A stretch of DNA of 64,000 bases from assembly GCF_006345805.1 (NCBI RefSeq), contig NC_042998.1, forward strand, positions 54,684,001 to 54,748,000, read 5' to 3'. Below are positions 1 through 11,580 of this stretch, in pieces. Below the pieces are notes generated by a model. The model had not been told where the DNA came from. It did no database searches and saw only the letters and a list, made by a program, of their open reading frames with translations. The position numbers and the translations under genes were made by a program. The stretch comes from Octopus sinensis (taxonomy: Eukaryota). The stretch's first letter is position 1. Every line of letters begins with the position of its first letter.

Positions 1-45
1 TGCGCCAAGCATTATGTTTCATAGAATAACCTGAACACTAAAGGG
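1..45. mobile_element. Right end of piggyBac-type (TTAA) MITE, truncated by window start
   Basis: Ends ...ctgaacactaaaggg|ttaa (TTAA 46-49); near-identical to the right end of the complete copy at 61782-61996. Confidence 0.75.
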
Positions 46-334
46 TTAAGGTACTAAGCCATTGAAAAGGTTACAAACAGTGATGAAAGAAGTTTAACTA
101 ACAAACAATCAACTGATTCTTGTAATCTTACTCATTAAGCAAATGATTAATTAGTTAGTTGATTAGATATTTAACCAACTGACTAACAACAAAGAAGTGG
201 AATTCCTGCATAATATTTATTAAAACAGATATAAGTTAATGAATTTTTTTAAATGTCTTTCATGTAGCATTGTTTTCTGAGTTAAGTCACATGTCTTGGA
301 ACCAATTATTGATGTAACTTGAGTTATCCCTATC

Positions 335-715
335 ATCATCATCATTTAATGGCCTTCTTCCATGCTGGCATGGGGTGCACAGTTTGACCAGAGTTGGTAA
401 GGCCAGGGGCTGCACCAGGCCCCAACATTTCTTCTGGCATGGTCTCTACAGATGGATGTCCTACCTAATGCCAACCACTCCACAGAGTGCACTGGGTGCT
501 TTTTATGTGGTACCAGCACCAGTACTTTTAATGTGACACCAGCTCAAAAGCTTTTTATGTGGCACTAGCACAAAAGCTTTTTCTGTGGCACCAGCACCAG
601 TACCAATTCTGCTGTGGCAGATGGGTCTTCTTGAATACACCAGTGCACCAGATATCTTGGTCCTTAGTCATTTCTTTCATAAGGCTCAGTGTCTTGATAT
701 CAGTATCAGGAAATA
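335..715 (-). mobile_element. RTE-clade LINE 3' fragment with (GAT)n tail
   Basis: Plus strand begins (tca)n-tttaatggcc-ttccatgctggcatggg; the reverse complement of 655-710 reads DIKTLSLMKEMTKDQD, like RTE ORF C-termini. Confidence 0.65.
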
Positions 716-1126
716 TTCATTCAATATACGATTTCAAACAATTACTCTGTGAATTAACTATCTCTGACAACGTTGTGTATAAATCTATGAGCAATAATAT
801 GGAGATGCTTGAATCATTCAACATGGAACTTCAAAAAAGAAATAAAAAGTTTACTCCTGAATTAATTATCTCTTAGGACATTGTATACAAATTTATGAAC
901 AAATAATACTGAAATATCTAAACCAGACAACATTAAACTGCAAAATGTTTGTATTGGAATAACTACCTCTCTGCAGACATTGTGCATAAATTTTGTGAAT
1001 GGCAATATTGAACAACTTGGAAGATGATTGCAAATTTCTTATAGCTTTCACACATTTAAAGCAAATTCAATAATTTTAAAGTTCTCAGACAAGAAGAGGA
1101 AGATAGAGAAAGAGATGAGAACTTAC

Positions 1127-1191
1127 AGAAATTGGCATTTCGGTATTCATTGGGTTATCACTCCATTTCTTTCGAACTCGGCCAGTGGAAT
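1127..1191 (-). CDS. Candidate internal exon (65 nt) of an unidentified spliced gene; open frame STGRVRKKWSDNPMNTEMPIS
   Basis: Minus strand: atttcatttattgcag|ATTCC...TTTCT|gtaagt; canonical acceptor and consensus donor in non-repeat sequence; one fully open frame. No homology recognised. Confidence 0.5.
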
Positions 1192-3084
1192 CTGCAATAA
1201 ATGAAATATGAATACAAATTTAGTTTACAAGCAAAAGCAATATGTTGAACAATCTGAAGTAGCAAAGTATTTGGCAGAGAATAACAAGATAGACAGCATT
1301 TTGTTTTGTTTTCTAGTTTCTTTCAGCAGCACTCCTAAGAATCAAATATTTAGTTCTAGTTCTTGGCTTTAGCTACTTTATAACCAGATTTCTTATGAAA
1401 TACATATTTGTCTATGTATTTCAATTAATTTTGAAGATTAATCAAGAATTTTGAAGGAATAAGAAAAATATGTAACTTCCACATGATTAAGCTGGTATCT
1501 AAATAAGGTTTAATGACAAGATTCTTAAACAATCAAAGAAGTGTGTGTATGTGTGAGTGTGTGTGCATGCATGCGTGTATGTGTCTCCTCCACACCCCAC
1601 CCACCCCAATGCAGTCAAAGATATGCAATTTCTGCAACAAAGATGAGATGCCTTTGTTCATAAATATGTGTGATCAAGGTTGATCTGGGACTAAATAATG
1701 ACAACCTCAAGAAACATCATCTGAGTGGAACACAGAATGACAATCAGATCATGTCATATTTAATTTGTTAAAAACCTATAGAGTGTTGTCATCATCATCG
1801 TTTAACATCAACTGTTCCATACTTGCATGGGTTGGATGAAATTTATTGAGGTGGATTTTCTACAACCAGAAGCCCTTCCTGTCACTAATCCTCACCTGTT
1901 TCCAATTAAGATAATTTTTCCCCATAACCAGACATGTTTCCATGGAAGATTGGAAACAAAGGACACTGCTTGCATGACAGTGACACTTGTTTACAAGTAT
2001 CATATAATGTCAAGGCTAGGAAATATGTACCCACACACACACACAAACATATACAACAGGCTTCTTTCAGTTTCCGCTTACTAAATCCACTCACAAGGCG
2101 TTGGCCAGCTGAGGACTATAGTGGAAGACACTAGTGGGACTGAGACCAAGAATACATAGATGGAAATCAAACTTTTTACCACACAGCCATACCAGTGCAT
2201 TGCTCAAGTTAAGACTAGTAGAGAACCAACCAAATTAAGATGAGGACTTTAATTATAGTCTTTGACATTTTGAGCTCAAGTCCAACTCTACTTTTCATAC
2301 TTCCAGGGTCAATAAAAAAAGAACCAGTCAAACTACTGAGGATTGGTATGATCAATTATATATCTGCAGTCAGTAGTTGCAAGTATGACTGTTCATGGCA
2401 TTGGAATGACATGATAAGCTTTCTCCATATTGACCATTTGTTTGTTTGGGTTTGCCATTTCCTATGACCAATTCCTGTCCACTTCAAATTCCTTCTTGCA
2501 GTGTCTTTGAATCTCAGTCATCGTCTTCCATAGTTTCTTTTCCTCTTGGATAGATGGGAGCAAAAGATTTGTCAGGGGAATCTGTTGATGTCCATAGATT
2601 ATACCTTCCAACAATCATACACACCCTCAGCAGAAGAAAGAGGAAAAAGAAAAAAAAAAAGGAAAAACTTCCCCTTGACAAAGTGGGAGGGAAGGAAATC
2701 AAGAAAAGGAAGTGGTTCTATGTCAGATATTGAGGGACAAAAAGATGTATGATAGATAAAAACAACAGATCAGCTACAACAAATTTTTTTTTAATGCTTT
2801 GGAAAGTCCATTGCATGCCCCCTTAAAAAAACACTGGCATGTTACTACTCTACAAATATCATGAGTTCACCATCACAGGTCTGTACTGCGCAAAAATTTC
2901 AATCCACTGAGCTTATTAAAGTTAAATTTCTTGATTGTTGTTTTAAATTTTCAACAATCCAAGAGAAAGGATTTTTTTTTAATCTACTAAAGACTTAAAT
3001 AATCTCAGTTCACTGAAATTTCTCAATTCACAACACTATATATGTGAGAATACAAATCCAGATAATATATTGTCTGGTGATGTA

Positions 3085-3185
3085 AGCGTTTTTTTTTTTA
3101 TGTCTGGAACTTACTGTATCAGTCTTTTTTGCCAAACCACTAAGAAACCAACAGTGATAGCCATGCAGTGGTGGGGGACAAATAG

Positions 3186-3233
<48 letters not shown>

Positions 3234-3385
3234 GACAGGCTTCTTTCAGTTTTTGTCTGCCAAATCCACTCACAAGGCTTGGCCAGCCTGAGGCAATAGT
3301 AGAAGACACCTGCCCAAGATGACACACAATGGAACTGAACCCAGAACCATATAATTGGGAAGCAAATTTCTTACCACACAGCCAC
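3085..3385 (-). mobile_element. tRNA-derived SINE family A (internal microsatellite), degenerate copy
   Basis: Diagnostic core acaggcttctttcagtt...aaatccactcacaaggc...gaagacac...ttaccacacagcc with a central (CA)n/(TA)n. Confidence 0.8.
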
Positions 3386-3409
3386 AATTTATTTTCAAAA
3401 TTAATTTAA

Positions 3410-3628
3410 CTCTTTAGCATTTAAACCAGCCATACTGGCCAAAATATTCTACCTTCTTTGTCTTCCAACTGAGAAGATCCAGCCTCTCACACGTACCCTC
3501 CAATGTCATTCTAATAATATACAATTACATCATTGAAATCTCAAATCTATAAGATAATGCATGATTAATTCAAAACAATGTGATTAATTAAGCATTACAT
3601 TTGACAGAGTAATCTGAATGCTAAAGGG
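3410..3628. mobile_element. piggyBac-type MITE
   Basis: ttaa|ctctttagcatt ... aatgctaaaggg|ttac; terminal inverted repeats and TTAA-like target. Confidence 0.75.
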
Positions 3629-3679
3629 TTACACAGACAGGTAAAGCCTTTCATTAAAATATGCCACAAATGACATACA

Positions 3680-3835
3680 CTCACGGAATAGTTGGCGTTA
3701 GGAAGGGCATCCAGCCGTAGAAACACTGCCAAATCTGACTGGGCCTGATGAAGCCTTCCAGCTTCACGGACCCCAGTTAAACCGTCCAACCCATGCTAGC
3801 ATGGAAAACGGATGCTAAATGATGATGATGATGGG
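3680..3835 (+). mobile_element. RTE 3'UTR fragment with (GAT)n tail
   Basis: gttggcgttaggaagggcatccagccgtagaaac...ccaacccatgctagcatggaaaacgg...(gat)n. Confidence 0.75.
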
Positions 3836-3879
3836 TCTAATGTTTCTGAGAGTAAGAAAGACTGCTTGGCATACAAAGG

Positions 3880-4230
3880 GAAACCCTGGAGTGCCTGCAA
3901 CAAGCACCACAACATTTAATAATAATCAAATATTTCAAAGTCAAAAGAAGCTGGTCTTCTTCACGGTATGTACAAAGAGTATTGTTCTCTGTGAAGCCAA
4001 AACTTGGACGATGAAGAAGAAGAGTTTGTGGTGAATATACCAAGCTTCTTATGGTGGTGCAAAACATTTCATAGAATGAGCACAAACAGGAGATTTATGA
4101 TGGACAGGTTCCAGTCACCTCTTGTATTGCTGTTAAAGATGAAAAGTAGGCTTTGCTGGCCACTGCTATTGTGATTAATATCAGGTTATATCAGATGTCA
4201 TATTCTTGAGATTTCTATGCTCTAATAGAG
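3880..4230 (+). mobile_element. Degenerate RTE-clade LINE ORF C-terminal remnant
   Basis: Translates to KLVFFTVCTKSIVLCEAKTWTMKKK and, after shifts, PVTSCIAVK...FAGHCY, matching the RTE C-terminal pattern (ILLYG.ETWT...FAGHC). Confidence 0.6.
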
Positions 4231-4329
4231 GATGAAGGCTATTCAACTTCAGTGTTGATACTGAGAGAGACATGTGACATGGCACTGAAGGTCTACAAAA
4301 GTTAATGTGGAGAAAAGGTTTGGAAAAGA

Positions 4330-4700
4330 AGAAGACATAGAAGACAAAGAAGAAGACTTATAAGATGAAGAAGACATAGAACATGAAGAAGACATAGAGG
4401 ATGAAGAACATGATGAAGACAGAGAAGTTGCTGAAGAGGACTTAGAAAATGAAGAAGAAGACATAGAGGATGAAGAAGAAGACACAGGGGATGAAGAAGA
4501 AGACACAGAGGATGAAGAAGACAAAGAGGACAAAGAAGAAGACTTAGAAGATGAAGAAGAAGACAGAGATGAAGAAGAAGACATAGAGGATGAAGAAGAT
4601 ATAGAACATGAAGAAGAGATAGACAACATAGAAGACAGCAAAAGAATGAGCAAGAAGAAGAAACAAGATGAAGAAGAAATGAGGAGAACTGGAACACAAT
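4330..4700 (+). repeat. GAA-rich cryptic tandem repeat (18-21-bp gaagaagacatagaggat-like units)
   Basis: Repeated gaagaagac(a/t)(t/c)agag(g)at units; purine-rich; triplet phase conserved. Confidence 0.85.
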
Positions 4701-5550
4701 GAAGAAAAAGAACCGAATAACAAAGTTTATACTAACTGAAAGGAAAGAATTAACAACACAACACTACGTTTTCCCAAAGATTTCAAGTTTTAGAATGCGT
4801 GTTGATAACCGTAAGAAGGATTACAAGTTGTTCTCAAATTCAATAATCACATGGATAATACTGCTATGATTTCATGAAATTTAATGTCTGTTTATGGATC
4901 AGTTGACATGCACTTTACAGTTCAATGTTAAATATATATAATTAAATGTAGAACGGATCAATAAAGCAGGCTTTAAAAGCCAATTGATAACATATTGTTG
5001 AGCCATAGTTGGACAATTTTTAGAAACCCTATATTACCAATAGGTCACAGAGGCTGCAAAATAAAGAACATTCCATTAATAAATACCAATGAATCACATA
5101 AAAAGGTGGGGAAAAAAATCGATAAGAGAAAGCAAGCAGGACAGTAAGGGAAGGAGGGAGAAAAAGAGAGAGTGGGAAAAAGAATAGAAAAATGATTTGC
5201 GGTTGCCTTTTAGTTTTTACTTTTGTTGTTTAGCTCAAGTTAGTCCTGACTCAGCTAATATAAGATCAAAAGCAATCCAGTCATGACCACCCTTCTCTTT
5301 TTATATATATATATATCGAGGACCATGTTGTCCAATGTGTCTTTTCTTTTTTTCTGAGGGCATTATGTAATCTGAAAGGAACAATTTCCAGCTTTTTTGT
5401 TCATATTGTAGTTGCTACTGTTGTTATTTAGCTCAAGTTAGCCCTAACTCAGCTAACGTAAGATCAAAAGCAAACCACTCATGACCACCCTCTCTTTTAT
5501 ATTTATTTATAAATATATATACATATTAATTTATAATGTGTGTGTGTGTG

Positions 5551-6312
5551 TATCAGGTCCTCCCTAAGTTCTGTCCAATTTTACCTTTTTTAAAACTGAA
5601 TGAAATTTAATAGTATTTTGGAATGTCTAATGAAATTAAAAATTATTTTAATGTATTTGTGTACACTTAAACTAATTAAATATTATTTTACAGAATAATA
5701 GAATTAAAATTTCTTTGATTAAAACCCTTTCTGACATGGAAGTATCTAAAAGAAACTCTGCAGCTGAAGTGACTCAAAACATACACTCAGTTTATGGGGA
5801 AAGAATGCTTGAATGGAAGAACTTGCAAAAGATGGTTTGCAAAATTCAGAAGTGGAGATTTCAGCCCTGAAGGTGAACATCAAACAGGATGTCCAGTTGA
5901 GTTTGATGAAAAGTTCCTTGAGGCATTACTTGAAGAAAATCCTGCATTATCAGATGAAGAATTGGCAATAAAGCTTAGTTCAAACCATACAACTGTTCAT
6001 CATTATATTCAACATCTGGGAAAGAATCCTTAACTTGGAAAATGGGTGCTTCATGAATTGTCTGAAAGCAACTGCAAATCCCGAGTTGACATCTGCTCTT
6101 CTCTTCATTCTTGCAAACTCATTTCACCCTTTTTGGATAGACTTGTGACAGGTGACAAAAAATGGATCTTCAATCGAAATGTTAAAAGTTGTAAACAGTG
6201 GCTTGGTAAAAAGGAAAAAGCTCAACCTCAACCGGGAAGGGAACTTCATGGAAAAAATGTTTCTTCTCTCTATCTGGTGAGATTGCAAAGGAGTAATTCA
6301 TTTTGAATTGCT
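5551..6312 (+). mobile_element. mariner transposon 5' remnant (inactive transposase)
   Basis: TA+TCAGGTCC... terminus at 5551; ORFs give RWFAKFRSGDFS (HTH), WVLHEL (WVPHEL motif) and DRLVTGDKKW (first catalytic D region); stops/frameshifts; cut at ~6312 by a LINE 3' end. Confidence 0.85.
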
Positions 6313-6639
6313 GCATAATGAAGCTTGATTCTGCTGCCCTTGTCTGTACCTCATGTCAGGCTGTTGGTTCATCCAGTATTGTGGAGAGGAAGATGTCTCA
6401 TTCCTTCTTGAAAACATCTACTTCCACCTGATACAAATTATTTTTTTTATTTGCAGGTCATTGAAGAGGTGTGAGCCTTTGAACCCTAGACTATTGCAAT
6501 ACCTGGTACTGAATTTAGATGGAGTGGATGGTACCTTAGATACAATACAATGGCGGCCAGTTCTGGCATTTGTATAACACTCAATGCCAAAGTTAGGTAC
6601 TAGCTCTTCTAGGATTTTCCATATGTATATTATTGCATA

Positions 6640-6731
6640 TCTACACCAATACCGGAAGTTTCTACACCAATACCGGAAGTTTCTACACCAATACCGGAAG
6701 TTTGTACCCCAATACCGGAAGTTTCTACCCC
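6640..6731. repeat. 21-bp minisatellite x4 (tctacaccaataccggaagtt)
   Basis: Units at 6640, 6661, 6682, 6703 plus a partial unit; each contains ACCGGAAGT. Confidence 0.95.
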
Positions 6732-6789
6732 TGTCTTACTTTACTATCCCCCCCCCCGAGTATACCCCTACTCGCACCTCTATGTAGGG

Positions 6790-7100
6790 TTTATTTGATC
6801 ATATAGCACAGTGCCGCCTCGACTGGCTTCCGTGCCGGTGGCACGTAAAATGCACCAATCCGACTGTGGCCGTTGCCAGCCTCGCCTGGCACCTGTGTGG
6901 GTGGCACGTAAAAAGCACCCACTACACTCACGGAGTGGTTGGCGTTAGGAAGGGCATCCAGCTGTAGAAACATTGCCAGATAAGACTGGAGCCTGGTGCA
7001 GCCTTCTGGCTTCCCAGATCCCCAGTCGAACCATCCAACCCATGCTAGCATGGAGAACGGACGTTAAACGATGATGATGATGATGATGATGATGATGATC
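6790..7100 (+). mobile_element. RTE 3'UTR fragment with (GAT)n tail, nested in the LINE
   Basis: gtgccggtggcacgtaaaa modules, ggcgttaggaagggcatccagctgtagaaac, ends cggacgttaaac(gat)n. Confidence 0.85.
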
Positions 7101-8178
7101 TCTCATGCCTTCACTCCAGGAAGTAAGCAGTAGTTTTCTCAGCCTATCCCTGTAGCTCTTCTGCTGCACCTTTTCAATCTTTTTAGTGCAGTGGTGTTGG
7201 ACTGCTTCAGGCTCTGCTGTTAATTTGGCACTATGTGGTGACCATAACTAGGAGCAATAGTCCAGGTGGCTGAGAAAGGTTCTCCACAGAGTCAACATAG
7301 TTTCTTGGTCTCTTGTCTTGAAGGACCTCAGTATCCACCCTGCCAGTTGTCTGCACTTTGCTGCCATCTTGCTTTTATGCATATGAAATGATGCGCCATT
7401 GCACATAGAGATCACAAGCCTTTCACTGTTGTGATTCTGGGATTGTAGTGCCTTCAGGTCCTGTAAACATAGATTGTACTGTATTTATGAGTTGCTAGTG
7501 CAGTGCTTGAAATTTTCCAGCATTAAACTGTATGTTGTTTATTTCAGCCTACTTGCATATTGAGTTTAGGTCCCGCTTTAAGCTTGTGATATCATCTTGT
7601 TTTTTTTATTGCCTGTGATAATTTTGTATCATCAGCATAGCTAGTGACAGTGACGTTAGGCCCGTCTAAAAGAGCTATTATGAACAGTAATGGCCCCCAG
7701 AACAGTTCCCGGTGGGGAGGCACCACTTAGGACTTGAGTTTCCTCAGAAAGGGCACCAATGGCTGCAACTGCCTGACTTCTGTTTTTAAGAAAGTCATGC
7801 AGCCACTCTCCCAGCTTACCAGCAATGCCAAGGTCTCATAGCTTATGACTTATCATGCCATGATCTACCTTATCAAATGCCTTTGCAAAGGTATATCACA
7901 CTGACATCTGAATGGTCAAGCTGCTGTTTCAAAACCCAGTCATAGTGCTGTAGGAGCTGTGTGAGGCAGCTTCTTCCTGGGCAGAAGCCATGCTGAGTAT
8001 TGTTCAGTAGGTCATTTTCTTCTAGGAACGTTATCAACTTCTTTCTGATGATTTGCTCCATGACTTTACTGATATGCAAAGTCAGAGATATTGGCCTGTA
8101 GTTTTTGGCCCCTGCTCTGCTTCCACCTTTGTGGAGAGGGCATATAATATCTTCTTTCACCTTTTCAGGACATATACC

Positions 8179-8412
8179 TATTTCTTTATTACCCACAAGG
8201 AGCTAAACATAGAGGGGACAAACATGGACAGACATAGGTATTAAGTCGATTATATCAACCCCAGTGCTTAACTGGTACTTAATTTATCGACCCCGAAAGG
8301 ATGAAAGGCAAAGTCGACCTCGGCGGAATTTGAACTCACAACGTAACGGCAGCCAAAATACCGCTAAGCATTTCGCCCGACGTGCTAATGATTCTGCTAG
8401 CTCGCCGCCTTA
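8179..8412 (-). mobile_element. tRNA-derived SINE family B with 14-bp target-site duplication
   Basis: Minus strand starts taaggcggcgagctagcagaatcattagc... with gtcgactttgcctttcatcctttcggggtcgataaa core; flanked by tcaggacatatacc at 8165-8178 and 8413-8426. Confidence 0.9.
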
Positions 8413-8899
8413 TCAGGACATATACCACTTGCAAGGAAACTTTGTAAAAGTATCTTAAGTGGTTTCACTCAAGCCTGCTTACATGACTTCAAGAGAATAG
8501 CTTGGAAGCCATCAGGACCAGAGGCAGAGTATAAGTTCATTTCATCTATGGTCGCTGTTACATCTGTTTCCTCAGTGTTGATGTAATTGATGGCTGGCAA
8601 CTCCTTTTTTAGAGCTGCAATATCAAAGAATTCAGCTGGACTTTTCTATCTGCATGTGTTCAAGAGGGGAAATGAAGACACTTTTAAATTGTTCACTGAG
8701 TATCTCACTTATCCTTCTTCAGTCTGCTGTCAATGAGTCGTTCCCTTGGAACAATGGTCCTATTCTATATTGTATTGTAGCTGTTTCCTTTGCGAATTTA
8801 TAGAAAGCATTGGGATTTGTTATTATACTTTCCACAGCCCTTCTCCCTCTCTCTGCTCTTCCCTTTTCATGAGAGTTTGATCTTGCTTTCAATTTCTAG

Positions 8900-9325
8900 G
8901 AGCATTTGTTTATATATATTTATTTACTTATATATTTATTTATTTACCTATATATTTATATTTATCTATATATATTTATCTATCTATATATTTATATATA
9001 TATACTATATATATCTATATATTTATATATATATATTTATATATATATATTGTATATCTATATATTTATATATATATATATTTATCTATCTATATATTTA
9101 TATACATATTATACATCTATCTATATATATATTTATCTATCTATATGTTTATATACATATTATATATCTATCTATATATTTATATACATATTATATATCT
9201 ATCTATATATTTATATACATATTATATATCTATCTATATATATATTTATCTATCTATCTATCTATCTATATATATATTTATCTATCTATATATATTTATC
9301 TATATATGTATATTTATATATATTT
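8900..9325. repeat. Complex (TA)n/(TATC)n microsatellite with ~30-bp higher-order blocks
   Basis: Almost entirely tatatattta/tatctatc/tacatatta motifs. Confidence 0.95.
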
Positions 9326-10226
9326 TAGCATATCTTGGACAACAAATAAGATGTTTTTGTTTTTTTTGCAATGAGGTAGAAGGTAGTTTAGATATGTACA
9401 TTAAACAGATGGTACATACTATATGAAAAAGTACCTTATGGCTGAGTGACTGAAACCAAGAGATGATACAGATGATTGAACAGGAGTGAAAGAGCATATA
9501 ATATATCTCAATCAGGTTTTGTACCATCTATCTTCTCCAGATCCTTCAGATTAGATTTTCAAAGTGGACAATATATATAATTGCAATAGTTTTTTTTTGG
9601 GGGGGGGGGGGGCTTTTTTCTTCTTTTTTTTTTCTATATGGAAATATGGAAAGAAAAATAGATGACCTCCAATCAGAAGTCAGCTGATTAATTACACTGA
9701 CATCAATAGAGAAAAGGAAATGAAATGAAATATTCATTCAGTAAAACATTGATTAATTCCATTAATATTTTGGCCACTATTTTAATTAACTAGCATCAGA
9801 GTTCTTGTAACCAGTTTTGTAACTTTTATTCACATGCCATCAGAATACCTACTCCACACCTTCTCTAACCACAGACCAATTTGCCAAGTTCAAGTACATA
9901 TCTTACACAGACGTTTTTATTATGTTTTTAATTATAATATATATTTATAAATATACACTATATAATTCACTCGCACGGCTTTAGTTGGCCCTAGGCTATA
10001 GTAGGTCAAATGACTTCTGCTATAACCCTAGGCAAACCACCTGTGAATGCATTTGATAGACAAAAAGCCGAAAGAGACATAACATATATGAATACATGTC
10101 TGTGTGTGTTTATCTGTAGGTGAATAAATGTGCATGAGTTTGTATGTCATGTCCTATGTTTGTAGTTCATGTCCTATGGGCAGCCTTTAACTTTTCTATT
10201 CAAAATGCTTTTAACTCAATATTTAC

Positions 10227-10269
10227 ATGGTATTATTTATAGCTTTATCTGCTTCAAGGTTCACTGTCT
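10227..10269 (-). CDS. Candidate 43-nt exon; open frame TVNLEADKAINNT
   Basis: Strong polypyrimidine acceptor tttttcactttttttcattttttag|AGACAG...TACCAT|gtaaat; only one open frame. Confidence 0.35.
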
Positions 10270-10533
10270 CTAAAAAATGAAAAAAAAGTGAAAAATCTTC
10301 CATCTTTAGCTTCATCCAATTTTAATCACTACCTCCACAACCCAAAACTTTTGAATCATTTTAATTCTTGCATGGATGTTCTTGATCCCCAGACCTTCCC
10401 ACACCACATACATCATTGAATTAGGGTAAAGACCTCTTTCTGTCATGAATGACCATGGGATTGCACCACCTACAAAGTTACCCTCCAAAGCACAAGTCTG
10501 GACAAGATTGTTTTTGTGGAAGACCTGCAGTCA

Positions 10534-10997
10534 TAGGTGCAGGAGTGGATGTGTGGTAAGTAGCTTGCTTACCAGCCACATGGTTCTGGGTTCAATCCCA
10601 CTGTGTGGCACCTTGGGCAAGTGTCTTCTACTATAGCCTTGAGCTGACCAAAGCCTTGTGAGTGGATTTGGTAGACAGAAACTGAAAGAAGCCAGTCATA
10701 TATATGTATATATATATATATATAAATATATATATATACACATATATATATACATATATATATGTATGTGTGTATATGTTTGTGTGTGTGTTTGTCTCCC
10801 CAGCATTGCTTGGCCACCGATGCTGGTGTGTTTACGTCCCTATAACTTAGCAGTTCGGCAAAAGAGACTGATCGAATAAGTACAAGGCTTAAAAAGAATA
10901 AGTCCTGGGGTCGATTTGCTTGACTAAAGGCGGTGCTCCAGCATGGCTGCAGTCAAATGACTGAAACAAGTAAAAGAGTAAAAGAGAGTAAAGAGAG
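10534..10997 (+). mobile_element. SINE family A, full length
   Basis: Head taggtgcaggagtggatgtgtggtaag, B-box-like gggttcaatccc, central (TA)n/(TG)n, tail aaacaagtaaaagag repeats. Confidence 0.9.
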
Positions 10998-10999
10998 TC

Positions 11000-11232
11000 G
11001 TTGATGCATACCAGCCTCCCCTCTCCACACCACTGATATTATCCAAAGGAAAAGCAAAGGCCAATACAGTTTGTAAACCAGTGATGTCACAATTCATTTT
11101 ACAGCTGAGTGAACTGGAACACTGTGAAATAAAGTCTTGCTCAAGAACACAGCACACAACTCGGTCCAGGAATCAAACTCACTACCTCATGATTGTGAGC
11201 CTGACGCTCTAACCACTGAGCCATGCACCTTC
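11000..11232 (-). mobile_element. tRNA-derived SINE family C
   Basis: Core cagctgagtgaactggaacactgtgaaataaagtcttgctcaagaacac...ctaaccactgagccatgcacct. Confidence 0.75.
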
Positions 11233-11384
11233 ACTGAACTACTATACATAGCTATATGTGAACAAGTGTCCTCACCTTGGTTGTTATAGTCACAAGGATT
11301 TACATGTTTTTATTGCAGTGTCCAAACCAGTGAAATTCTCATATTCATTACTATTGCAATATTCCAATATTGGTTTCAAATTTT

Positions 11385-11580
11385 GACACAAGGCCCCCAA
11401 TTATGAGGCAGAGGGTAAGTCATTTACATCAACCCCAGTGCTCAACTGGCACTTATTTTATCAACCCTGAATGAATGAAAGGCAAAGTTGACCTCATCAG
11501 AATTTGAACTCAGAACAGACAAAATGCCAGTAAACATTTTACCCAGTGTGCCAACGATTCTGAGAGCTCATTACCTTATA
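11385..11580 (-). mobile_element. SINE family B, degenerate
   Basis: aaccccagtgctcaactggcacttattttatcaaccctgaatgaatgaaaggcaaagttgacc...gaatttgaactc. Confidence 0.8.

Larger units (their letters stand above)
6313..8800 (-). mobile_element. 5'-truncated CR1/L2-like LINE with reverse transcriptase, interrupted by younger inserts
   Basis: Minus-strand translation SGPDGF, NYRPISLT..SKVME, QHGF.PGRSCLTQLL, GTVLGPLLF, YADD (7628-7639), then C-terminal RYCNSLGFKG; many stops. Confidence 0.9.

Noticed and set aside
2400-2702. ORF ending YNLWTSTDSPDKSFAPIYPRGKETMEDDD as a terminal exon
   Set aside because: An alternative frame is equally open, the acceptor is ambiguous, and it lies upstream of a better exon on the same strand; may be an unclassified TE relic.
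4249-4697. Ser-rich and Leu/His/Cys-rich minus-strand ORFs
   Set aside because: Antisense read-through of the GAA-rich repeat.
5200-5500. ~205-bp tandem duplicate (tttagctcaagttag...aagatcaaaagc...catgaccacc)
   Set aside because: Real but ordinary: two copies of a common short repeat, related to the 31-kb tandem unit; no further structure seen.
8790-9426. Ile/Tyr-rich ORFs up to 194 aa
   Set aside because: Translations of (TA)n/(TATC)n microsatellite.
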